IMG/VR virus record: IMGVR_UViG_3300005611_000161 | Coordinates: 1 to 27,887 of that record | Strand: one strand, 5' to 3' | Length of the DNA stretch: 27,887 bases | Source: a virus | Taxonomy: Duplodnaviria > Caudoviricetes | Shown here: one piece after another, positions 7,644 through 16,294 of the stretch | Layout of the letters: the number at the start of each line of letters is the position of its first letter | How positions within the stretch are numbered: the first letter of the stretch is position 1 | Position numbers and translations under genes: made by a program | The notes under the pieces: model-generated | Told to the model about the DNA's origin: nothing | What the model saw: the letters and a program-made list of their open reading frames with translations, nothing else | The model's database searches: none

Positions 7644-8454
7644 AAACTTCTTTCATGACATTATATTTAGCTTTATATCCACTGTCAGCGGCACGTTCTA
7701 AATTAGGTATAATTTTATCTGGTCGTTTTTTATATAAAGGAATTAAATCATTAAAAGAAAATTTAGGAAAATCTATTAATTCTTCACCTTTCATTACAGC
7801 ATCAATTTTTTTAAAATCAGTTTCGTATAAATGACGACTACCTGCTTGTATATTTAATCTACCTAATTTACAATTAATATTTTTATTATTTAATAGGCAA
7901 GCTAAATAAAAAGATATAGCACTAAAATTAAAACTATCATACGGAGTTCCTAACCATATATCGTTACTTCTCATAGTAGCTGTAGTGTGAAGCCATAAAG
8001 TATCTCCTAATTCTCTTAAAAAGAATTGTAAAGATAAAGTACAAGGAATATCTTTACTTGATCTAGGATTTTCTCTCCATATATTTAAGACAGCTTGTCT
8101 AGTATCTCTATCTTGTTGTAAAATATCAAATACATATGGTAATTGATCAATGATCTTAGGACCATAAGCACCAAAAAAAGTTATACCATTATCACTAAAT
8201 CTGGTTATAGCACCAGCATATTTACTTACTGTAGCTACATCATTCTTTCCATTTAACATCCACGCTGCTTCACCAAACATAAAATCGTAACTTAATTTTC
8301 TTTCTTTTAAAGTTATAATAGGATCATCCATATCTATAATCCAGCTATCGTTTAAAACTTCTGCTATTTTCATACCACGAGGTTTAGTGACAAATTCAGG
8401 AGTTTGATAAATCTCCCATATTTTTTTTCTATATTTATTATTTATTTGTTTCAT
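7633..8454 (-). CDS. Thymidylate synthase homolog, probable dCMP hydroxymethylase-type pyrimidine C5-modifying enzyme
   Basis: GAYGP, DTRQA, catalytic KDIPCTLSLQF, MRSNDIWLGTPYD, GSRHLYE. Start moved from 8463 to ATG 8454, which forms an ATGA overlap with the kinase stop. Confidence 0.85.
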   Translation of the reverse strand: MKQINNKYRKKIWEIYQTPEFVTKPRGMKIAEVLNDSWIIDMDDPIITLKERKLSYDFMFGEAAWMLNGKNDVATVSKYAGAITRFSDNGITFFGAYGPKIIDQLPYVFDILQQDRDTRQAVLNIWRENPRSSKDIPCTLSLQFFLRELGDTLWLHTTATMRSNDIWLGTPYDSFNFSAISFYLACLLNNKNINCKLGRLNIQAGSRHLYETDFKKIDAVMKGEELIDFPKFSFNDLIPLYKKRPDKIIPNLERAADSGYKAKYNVMKEVYDN

Positions 8455-9023
8455 AAGCCGCAACTTATACTCCTTTCTATTATTTTTTCTTTTACACTAT
8501 CTAGATCATGACCTTCTTTAAACATATCATATCTTATAAAGTCATCTCTTAATTTTAATGGACTTAAACCATATAAAATATTTTTTCTATTTTCTAAACC
8601 GTGCCAGTAATTATCATATAATTCGATAACTTTATCAATATCATAATACTGTTCGTGTCTTAGTTCTCTATTTTTTCTATGATTTTCTTTTACTCTATTA
8701 GTATCTTCAGGTGAACACCACACATATAAAGCACCTTCTTGTTTTAGTCTTTTAAATATCTCAGTTGGATCATAGCTAGGTCCTTCTCTATAAATATAAG
8801 AATAACATTGTTCACTAGGCCAATGTCTATCTATTAAAACTAATTTACCTTCTTTTTTCTTTTTAATAGCTAATCTAGCAGAAGCTGTATGCCAAAGTTT
8901 CATATCTTTATGCACTCTTAAATGCATATAATATGAATCGTTAAATTCTTTTCTAATATGATTTATTAAAGTAGTTTTACCAACTCCATCAGGACCTTCA
9001 AATATTATGATTCTAGCAAGCAT
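8451..9023 (-). CDS. dNMP kinase (thymidylate-kinase-like P-loop)
   Basis: IIIFEGPDGVGKTT P-loop and VLIDRHWPSE (DR motif). Confidence 0.85.
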   Translation of the reverse strand: MLARIIIFEGPDGVGKTTLINHIRKEFNDSYYMHLRVHKDMKLWHTASARLAIKKKKEGKLVLIDRHWPSEQCYSYIYREGPSYDPTEIFKRLKQEGALYVWCSPEDTNRVKENHRKNRELRHEQYYDIDKVIELYDNYWHGLENRKNILYGLSPLKLRDDFIRYDMFKEGHDLDSVKEKIIERSISCGL

Positions 9024-10039
9024 TTAAAAAATTCTTTAGTTCTTTCTTTTGTCCAAAATTTATTTTTAAGTATTTCGTTCTGACTACTTATTATTTCGTT
9101 TAATTCCCAATTGCTACCTTTTTCTATAATATTATGATCAATATTAATTCCTAATACTTTAGCTTCTTCAGGATGTGCTAATATAATGCTTTTAGCATCA
9201 TAAGCCATTTTATATCTAACTCTCCACCAACCACTACCTTTCATAGTATGATAGTGAGGAGGACTTATAATACCCCAAACTTTTCTATATTCTTGATAGA
9301 GTTCGTGTTCTTTTAATCTAGGTTGTTTTTCTTTCACATTACCAAAAGTTTTAATTGGCCAACTAAAAGTTTGTTTCTTTAACCAACTTTGTTTACTTAC
9401 TAAACTAGCAAGTATCCAAGCTTTTTCTTTAATGTCAATTGGAGGAGGTTGACTATCAAATAGTCCTGCTTCAGGACTTTGTAAATAAGTATCAGTATAA
9501 GGTGATGGATCCCAATTAACTATTTCATTAGCTTTTAATCCTAGTTCTTCAAAATTACCACCATCATATGCTGGTATTAAAAGTTTATGTGGCCATTTTT
9601 CAAAAGCAAAAGCATCTACAAAATCTTCTATTTCTTTTTTATAAGGTTGTGCTTCTTCCCAATACATCTTTCCTACTGGATTACCTGCTTTAGATAATTT
9701 TTTCCATATTCTCCAATGACCTCGACTAAATGTACCAAATCCAGAAACTGAATCTTTAGTTTGCCAATCGTCAATGGAGATAATGGCATCTGGTCTTTTA
9801 ATTATGGTGTATGCTGCACCATACCAATATCTTGCTGAAAGACTATTTGGACCAAAAACATATACAATAACTTTATCATACATAGATACATCTTCACCAG
9901 GGATAATGGCTTTTTGAGTTACGTCATACCCTAGTTCTTTTAAAACTGTAGGAAGTATCTTAGCAGACGTTGCTATATTTAAAGGACTTCTTGCTGTACC
10001 AATTGTAAGAGCATTAAATCCTGTTATTAAAACTTTCAT
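9005..10039 (-). CDS. T4 beta-glucosyltransferase-like (GT-B) DNA glycosyltransferase
   Basis: 344 aa with segments colinear to T4 Bgt as recalled: VLKELGYDV..EDVSMYDKVIV ~ ISEMGLNV..VDVNDYDRLIV; IKTFGNVKEKQ ~ IEFFGNAREKQ; RVRYKMAYDAKSIIL ~ LRVWETMASDAVML; SSQNEIL ~ SIQHDIL. Position next to the kinase and TS homolog fits. Confidence 0.65.
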   Translation of the reverse strand: MKVLITGFNALTIGTARSPLNIATSAKILPTVLKELGYDVTQKAIIPGEDVSMYDKVIVYVFGPNSLSARYWYGAAYTIIKRPDAIISIDDWQTKDSVSGFGTFSRGHWRIWKKLSKAGNPVGKMYWEEAQPYKKEIEDFVDAFAFEKWPHKLLIPAYDGGNFEELGLKANEIVNWDPSPYTDTYLQSPEAGLFDSQPPPIDIKEKAWILASLVSKQSWLKKQTFSWPIKTFGNVKEKQPRLKEHELYQEYRKVWGIISPPHYHTMKGSGWWRVRYKMAYDAKSIILAHPEEAKVLGINIDHNIIEKGSNWELNEIISSQNEILKNKFWTKERTKEFFKCLLES

Positions 10040-10466
10040 TCTTTTCTATTTCTTCTTCTATAACCCTTTCTATATTTGGTGCTTTCCAATCTTTAGGTTT
10101 AACTACATCAAATTTAGTTCCTCTTTTTTCAGACTTACTTTTACTTCTAATTTTTTTCATATTAGCTTTTTGTACTTCTTTCCAAGCTTTTTCAAATGGT
10201 AAATTAAATAACCAAGCTGTACCTAATGCAATATAAACTATATCAACTAATGCGTCAAGTGCACCTGCTGAATCTTTTTTAGTAATAGCATTAGTGTATT
10301 CTGCTAATTCTTCCATTAAAAAAGAAGTTCTAAAATTTACTAATTCGTTATCTTCAGGTATACCAACTTTTTCGTTCTTTTCAAACCCATATTTTTTATG
10401 AAAATTATCTATATCTTTTAATAAAGTATCACAATCTAAATGTTTAAACATATTTGAATCCGTCAT
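10014..10466 (-). CDS. MazG-like/PRA-PH all-alpha dNTP pyrophosphohydrolase
   Basis: LMEELAEY...ALDALVDIVYIALG ExxE/DxxD metal motifs; C-terminal VVKPKDWKAPN typical of DR2231-like enzymes. Confidence 0.85.
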   Translation of the reverse strand: MTDSNMFKHLDCDTLLKDIDNFHKKYGFEKNEKVGIPEDNELVNFRTSFLMEELAEYTNAITKKDSAGALDALVDIVYIALGTAWLFNLPFEKAWKEVQKANMKKIRSKSKSEKRGTKFDVVKPKDWKAPNIERVIEEEIEKNESFNNRI

Positions 10467-11524
10467 AATAATAATTGTTGTTGATCAGGTTCCTTTCTAA
10501 AATCTATTGTTTGTAACTTTTCTTTAATTTCTATTTTATTTTCTATACTACTTTTAACTATCCTTGCTACATATTCCGCTACAGGTGGCATAACTCCTCT
10601 TGCGATTTGTGAACCAATAGTAGAAGCAGGTCCTTCCCATTTATAATCCACAGGATAACCAGCCATATATGCTAATTCTTTATGTCCAAATAATCTATCT
10701 TCTGTAGGATGTATATAAAATCCTCCTGCTATAACTGGTATATGAGCATTATTTTTTAATCTCCATTTCATAAATTGAGGTCGTCCTTTTACTCCTCCAC
10801 GCATTCCTCCACGTTTCCAAGTTTCTGGTGGATTAAATCTTTCCCAAGTTACTCTCAAACTTTCTCCTTGCTTACAATGTTTCAAATAAGGTTTTTCATT
10901 TTCACCTAATTTCATTAAATGACCAATATCTGATCCGTGTTCCTTTTTAAATTGACCTAATACTTCACCAGCAGTAGGTAAAGGTTGAAAGTTTAAAACA
11001 TTTGGATTTAAATGATATTTAGTTGCAATGAAAAAAAATCTTTTACGACTATGATTTAAACCAGTAAATCCTCCATCAATTAATAAATGATTTACTTGAT
11101 AACCTAATTGATTCGCCTCTTTAGTTAATTCCATAATCATAGGTCTTCCACCATTAATTGAATAAACTCTAGGTACAGACTCAATCGCTATCGCTTTAGG
11201 TCTTAATTCTTTTAATAGATTAAAACTATTTCTCCAACAAGCTATACGAGGGTCGTTACGCCAAGCTTGTGCGCCTTTTTGAGTGCTTCCTAAATTAGAC
11301 CAAGGAGCACATGGAGGATTACAATATACAAAATCAATTTTATCTTTAAATTTTTTTCTAGGCCATTCTTCTTCACCTTCATAAACTGGAATATCTGGAA
11401 AATTAGCTTGAAAAGTTTTTTTATATAATCCAGGTTTCATTTCAAAATGTGCTTGGACATTAAAATGTTTACTAACTCCAATAGTAAATCCACCTGCAAA
11501 TATATAAGTTCCTAGTGCTTTCAC
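10463..11524 (-). CDS. DNA cytosine-C5 methyltransferase homolog with atypical cofactor-binding motifs
   Basis: Motif I TYIFAGG, motif IV NPPCAPWS (catalytic Cys), VI ESVP, VIII HSRKRFF, IX HPTEDRLF..ELAYMAGYP, X QIARGVMPP. Confidence 0.85.
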   Translation of the reverse strand: MKALGTYIFAGGFTIGVSKHFNVQAHFEMKPGLYKKTFQANFPDIPVYEGEEEWPRKKFKDKIDFVYCNPPCAPWSNLGSTQKGAQAWRNDPRIACWRNSFNLLKELRPKAIAIESVPRVYSINGGRPMIMELTKEANQLGYQVNHLLIDGGFTGLNHSRKRFFFIATKYHLNPNVLNFQPLPTAGEVLGQFKKEHGSDIGHLMKLGENEKPYLKHCKQGESLRVTWERFNPPETWKRGGMRGGVKGRPQFMKWRLKNNAHIPVIAGGFYIHPTEDRLFGHKELAYMAGYPVDYKWEGPASTIGSQIARGVMPPVAEYVARIVKSSIENKIEIKEKLQTIDFRKEPDQQQLLL

Positions 11525-13032
11525 AACAATGCGTAACTATACTTTGTTTGCGGCTGTAAAATAAACAAATTTTTACTTGTTCTGGATACAGCTACATAAA
11601 ATACTCTATGTTCATCATCAGGTTCTTCCATTAGCTTTTTCCAAGTTTTAAAGGAAATGTCCGATATAACAACAACATTTTCACTTTCACCACCTTTCAT
11701 TGTATGAATAGTAGATAACCTAATTCTTGCCTTATTCTTAAATATATCACCAGAATTAACTAAAGATTCAAACATTAATATATCTTCTGGATCAAGTCCA
11801 AATATAACTTCTTGCCAATCACCTTTAGCTAATAAACCTAAATTATCTCTTAAATAATTTAATGTAAATTTTTCATCTTTTTCTACATTATCTAGTTTTT
11901 TAAATCCTCTTTGTATTCCTGTCTTAGTTCTTAAACATTGATATAATTTTTTAAGTTCATCAAATACTATTTCTTGTCCACGATTTAATTTTAACCAAGC
12001 TCTTATTGCTATAACATATTTATTAGTTCTAAATTCTTGATATCCTTTTTCATAAAACCAACCCATTCTTTTACAATATGATTCTACATTATTTAATTGA
12101 TAACCTGATCTTGCTAAAACTAACCATTCACCATCAGACATATCTACATCTTCTATTGAAATAATGTCAGTTATTGATCCTTCTTCATCTTTACATGTCC
12201 AATTTTTAAATTGTCTAAAAGAAATTCTATTAGCAATATCACAAGCAAGTTTATGCACAACTCTAGGTAATCTATAACTTTTATCTAATACCTTTATTTC
12301 TCCTTGAATATTTAAAAACTTTTTAACATCAGCACCAGCCCAAGGATAGATAGCTTGATCATCGTCACCTGCTATATATCTAAATTTACAATGTTCATTT
12401 AATTTATCAATTACTTTCCATTGTTTGGCTGTTAAATCTTGTGCTTCGTCTACAAATAATATATCTAAATGAGGAACATTTTTTTGTTCTATAAATAAAT
12501 CTAACATATCAGTGAAATCTAATAACTTCTTTTCTCTTTTAAAATTAGCTAATGCTTTAGAAAAAAATAATTGTTCTTCCCAACTATGATCACATTCTAA
12601 TTCTTGCCATACTTTCTTTAAATCTTTTTCGCTTGATCTAGCAACTTCATCGCAAAATAGTAATAGATCACCTTTTTTATTTCCAATTATTAAACCTGAA
12701 GTATCCTCTTCTGATACTCCTGACATCTCTACTCTAACAAGTTCTGAAAATTCTTTTAATCGTTCACCTTTAAATACTTGACCTGAATTAACATTTAAAG
12801 TTCTATAACATAAACTATGTATAGTTCTAAAATAATCTAAATCATCTTCTGATAATTTAAATTTTTTAATTATTCTATTTCTTGCTTCTTTAATTGCTCT
12901 ACGTGTAAATGAAAAATATCCAATCTTTAATGGATTATATCCTTCTGCAATTTTTTCTTCTAAAATATTTAATAGTGTAGTTGTTTTACCTGTTCCTGGA
13001 CTTCCAAATATTTTAATTGTTTTGCTTGTCAT
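11521..13032 (-). CDS. UvrD/Rep-like SF1 DNA helicase
   Basis: GSPGTGKT, RTIHS, VDEAQD, GDDDQAIY, STIHTMKGGE, RVFYVAVSR. Confidence 0.93.
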   Translation of the reverse strand: MTSKTIKIFGSPGTGKTTTLLNILEEKIAEGYNPLKIGYFSFTRRAIKEARNRIIKKFKLSEDDLDYFRTIHSLCYRTLNVNSGQVFKGERLKEFSELVRVEMSGVSEEDTSGLIIGNKKGDLLLFCDEVARSSEKDLKKVWQELECDHSWEEQLFFSKALANFKREKKLLDFTDMLDLFIEQKNVPHLDILFVDEAQDLTAKQWKVIDKLNEHCKFRYIAGDDDQAIYPWAGADVKKFLNIQGEIKVLDKSYRLPRVVHKLACDIANRISFRQFKNWTCKDEEGSITDIISIEDVDMSDGEWLVLARSGYQLNNVESYCKRMGWFYEKGYQEFRTNKYVIAIRAWLKLNRGQEIVFDELKKLYQCLRTKTGIQRGFKKLDNVEKDEKFTLNYLRDNLGLLAKGDWQEVIFGLDPEDILMFESLVNSGDIFKNKARIRLSTIHTMKGGESENVVVISDISFKTWKKLMEEPDDEHRVFYVAVSRTSKNLFILQPQTKYSYALL

Positions 13033-13810
13033 ATATCTTTCTAAGCACGTTATGTTGTTTTTGACTTAAAAGAATATGATTATCATACTTATCAAGTTTA
13101 TCTATTACTGATTTACAAAAATCTAATTCCCATTCATTTAATTTAGTTGAATCCATTTCTTTTAAAAACTTAACTAGATTTTCATATTTCTTACCTTCTA
13201 TTCTTAAAAGTAATTCTTTTGGTATTTCTTGAGGCGATACTGGTTCTACTCCTAATCTTTTCATATGAAAATATAACTCTTTACATAACTGCACATCTAA
13301 TAAAGCATCGTGATAATCTTGAACACCTCTATGAAAGAAATGATCAAAACATTCTTGAAGTTTAGGAAATTTATAATCGTCATACTTACCTTCTAACTTC
13401 ATTTGATTTTTTGCAGTCATCATAGTACAATGTATATTTTTAGGAATAAATAATTTCATCGCATATTTATTAAATTCTCTTTTAATAATTTGTAAATCAA
13501 AAGCTGTATTATGAGCAACTAAAGTATCAGCTCTTTCTAAATAACTTTGAAAAACCGATAAAACATATTCAGCTCTTACTCCTGTTTGATTTGCTAAATC
13601 AGTAGATATGCCATGTATCTTTTCTACTTCTTCAGGTATAGTAAAACCCTTATACTTAGGTTGTATTCTACAAGACATTTGTCCTATAACTTTTTCTTTA
13701 TCATCACATACTTGAAAAGCTAAACTTACCATATGTGGTTGATCATCATGATCTGGATTTAAGTCTCTACGCCATAATCCATTAGTCTCTGTATCAAAAA
13801 ATATAATCAT
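13013..13810 (-). CDS. DEDDh 3'-5' exonuclease (DnaQ/epsilon-like) with C-terminal extension
   Basis: FFDTETNG, AHNTAFD, HDALLD motifs. Confidence 0.9.
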   Translation of the reverse strand: MIIFFDTETNGLWRRDLNPDHDDQPHMVSLAFQVCDDKEKVIGQMSCRIQPKYKGFTIPEEVEKIHGISTDLANQTGVRAEYVLSVFQSYLERADTLVAHNTAFDLQIIKREFNKYAMKLFIPKNIHCTMMTAKNQMKLEGKYDDYKFPKLQECFDHFFHRGVQDYHDALLDVQLCKELYFHMKRLGVEPVSPQEIPKELLLRIEGKKYENLVKFLKEMDSTKLNEWELDFCKSVIDKLDKYDNHILLSQKQHNVLRKIYDKQNN

Positions 13811-14004
13811 ACTCCCTTTCTAATATTAAATTGAACTCCTTTTACTTCTACTTTAGCATCTATTTTATTTTTTTCTCTGTCTTTTTCTAAAAATAAAACC
13901 GCTGCATTTATTTCATCAACTTCAGCAGCATAAGCATCATCATCAGGATCAATACTTCTGATAGCATGTGTTAATAAAATATTAATTGCTTGTTCTTTAT
14001 TCAT
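13807..14004 (-). CDS. Hypothetical protein
   Basis: 65-aa ORF overlapping both neighbours, with an AAGGAGG RBS inside the primase 3' end. Confidence 0.6.
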   Translation of the reverse strand: MNKEQAINILLTHAIRSIDPDDDAYAAEVDEINAAVLFLEKDREKNKIDAKVEVKGVQFNIRKGV

Positions 14005-15502
14005 AAGCCTCCTTAGTTATTTTTGGTTGTTTAAATTCTTCATTTTGTTTATTAAAATTTTTAACTGACCAAGTATTTATAAACTTTCCTTTAACTTTTT
14101 TACCAGAATGTGAAGCTCCAAAATTTTTAAGTAAAGCTGTAACTTCTTGTAATTTAAATTCTTTAAATCTATGTCTATCTAAAAATTCCATAAAGTCATT
14201 TATTCTAAACTCTGTATACTCTTCTGATATAACTGCTTTACCTCTTAATAAGTCATCAAACTCTTCTGATGTAGTTGAACCAGTACAAAAAGTTTCTAAT
14301 AAATTAAATAGTCTACCTTGATTACTACTATCTTCTGGTGCTTCTACATTTTCTACTCTAGACATTAAATCATTAACTGTTTCTGTCCATAATTTATCGC
14401 TTTGTTTAGGAATTAACATATCTAAATTTTCAAATACTACTTGTTTAAAATCTATAAAATTAAATATTTGTTTACTTTCGAGTGGACCAATCTTTTTCTC
14501 ATTAAGTGTAATAAAATATTGTGGTGGATTGGTAAGTATTTTAGTTATACCATTTAATATAGGCATAATTCCATTATCACTTATACCAAATTCACAAGTT
14601 AAGCATTTAGTTCTTTTACAAAAAGAATTAATAGGTGAATCATTACATTTATAATTATAAGTTTTTTTATCTAAACTTTTAGAAACTTCTGTAAATTCTC
14701 TAGGCTTTAATGGTGGATCAATATACTTATCATTATATTCTTCTAAATAATCTTGCCAATCATCTTCATATCGTTTTCTTAAATAAACTCCAATATTAAA
14801 TAATCCATTATTTCTACCACCTTGTGCTATAGGACCTTGAGATAATAAATCTTGTAAACAAGGAGGTCCTCCTGGTAATTTTTCTTCAATCTTATTTATT
14901 TTTTTAATAAAACTTAAATGAATATCATCTAAACTATCTACTGCAAATTTTTCTATCCATTGTATAAAATGTTCTGGACTTAATACTTTACCATCATATA
15001 AAGCATATCTATCTGTTTCTTTACCTCCAAAATATGGCATATTAAGCCAACTACCTACGTCTTTTTCATCTAATAATTTAGTTTGCTGAGGTCTTAAATC
15101 ATATTTAACAAATCCAAATGCTTTGACAATATCTTTTAATTTATCAATCATTGATTTGGCAGAGACAAATTTTTTAGTAAAAATAAATATGTGACCACCT
15201 CCGCTTTTAGTTCTACATATTATTAAATTTTTTTTAGCAAAATCTTTTGAAATTTTTTCTAAGTCAACACTATAATCGTCAACATCAAGACAACCCCATT
15301 TACATTTATTGTCTTCATTAATAGGAATGACACCTAGACTGCTTGTGCCGTCTAGGTGTTGTTTCCATAAATCATTTGTATAAGGCTCTCTAATGGTCTT
15401 CCCTATACCATCAACCTTTTCGCCTTTTTTACCAGTTATAGTAAATTTACCATAGGCTCGATTGAGGCCAGGAAAGACCTTATAGAAATCTTCAAACAAC
15501 AT
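13997..15502 (-). CDS. Archaeo-eukaryotic-type primase (AEP) with PriCT-like domain
   Basis: HLDG..SLGVIP..CKWGCLDVDD (DxD), RTKSGGGHIF (SGxGxH), PPCL...GRNNGLFN. Confidence 0.8.
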   Translation of the reverse strand: MLFEDFYKVFPGLNRAYGKFTITGKKGEKVDGIGKTIREPYTNDLWKQHLDGTSSLGVIPINEDNKCKWGCLDVDDYSVDLEKISKDFAKKNLIICRTKSGGGHIFIFTKKFVSAKSMIDKLKDIVKAFGFVKYDLRPQQTKLLDEKDVGSWLNMPYFGGKETDRYALYDGKVLSPEHFIQWIEKFAVDSLDDIHLSFIKKINKIEEKLPGGPPCLQDLLSQGPIAQGGRNNGLFNIGVYLRKRYEDDWQDYLEEYNDKYIDPPLKPREFTEVSKSLDKKTYNYKCNDSPINSFCKRTKCLTCEFGISDNGIMPILNGITKILTNPPQYFITLNEKKIGPLESKQIFNFIDFKQVVFENLDMLIPKQSDKLWTETVNDLMSRVENVEAPEDSSNQGRLFNLLETFCTGSTTSEEFDDLLRGKAVISEEYTEFRINDFMEFLDRHRFKEFKLQEVTALLKNFGASHSGKKVKGKFINTWSVKNFNKQNEEFKQPKITKEAYE

Positions 15503-15505
15503 AAA

Positions 15506-16294
15506 CTAGAACGGTGGGTTCCCTGTGTCTTTAGATTCCTCATTACTAGTTTCAGTATCAATTGGTTCTGATGCTTTAACTTTACCAGTACTTACTGATT
15601 CAGCAAGTGTCTTAGCTTGGCTAAAGATAGATTCATTTGGTACTTGACCTATTTCTTCTATTTTATATTTAAACCAACTGCCTAAGTCGTTTTCAGCTTG
15701 AACAGTTGATAGATTAAATCTATATAAAAATGAAGGCGGTTCTTTCGCTTGACCTTTAACATTAATCTTTTTCATCTTTAGAAGTGTTAACCACTTTCTA
15801 GAAACTGAAAGATTGCTAGAAGTCATTGTAAGAACAGCGGGTTCATACGATTTATCTTTTTTAACTAAAACGAAATGTTCAGCTGTATCAACTATTTGAT
15901 TTTCGCCTAACATTGACTTTTTAGTTTTAGGATCAGTTTTAGTACCATCAGGTTTCATATCGTGTACTGCTACAAGACCTCCACCTTTTTCTCTTGGTAC
16001 CCATTCTACATAGGTTTTTCTAAAACCACATGGGATGATTTCTAAACTTTCAGGATACAATGTATTTGTAACTGTATTAAAAATCATACCTTCATCAGCT
16101 CCCTCAATGTATTTCTCATCTTTTTTCTTTCTTTGAGGTGATCCTGACTGAATGATAGCCAATCTAGGAATAGTTATATCGTCATTAGTGACGTTTTCTA
16201 AACCAAGACCAGCGGACTTTATAATCAAGTCTGCAGAAATATCAGTAGATAACTCTGTATTCTGTTTCTTGACTACTTCTTTATTGTCAGCCAT
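15506..16294 (-). CDS. Probable single-stranded DNA-binding protein
   Basis: Lies in the replication operon and has an acidic tail ending in ...DTGNPPF, typical of SSB C-termini. Confidence 0.55.
   Translation of the reverse strand: MADNKEVVKKQNTELSTDISADLIIKSAGLGLENVTNDDITIPRLAIIQSGSPQRKKKDEKYIEGADEGMIFNTVTNTLYPESLEIIPCGFRKTYVEWVPREKGGGLVAVHDMKPDGTKTDPKTKKSMLGENQIVDTAEHFVLVKKDKSYEPAVLTMTSSNLSVSRKWLTLLKMKKINVKGQAKEPPSFLYRFNLSTVQAENDLGSWFKYKIEEIGQVPNESIFSQAKTLAESVSTGKVKASEPIDTETSNEESKDTGNPPF

Noticed and set aside
7633-8454. Annotation as ordinary thymidylate synthase thyA
   Set aside because: Asp replaces the dUMP-specifying Asn, the MRSND motif is hydroxymethylase-like, and the neighbours are modification genes.
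10463-11524. Type II restriction-modification system
   Set aside because: No adjacent restriction endonuclease; the gene sits in a phage replication operon and has atypical motifs.
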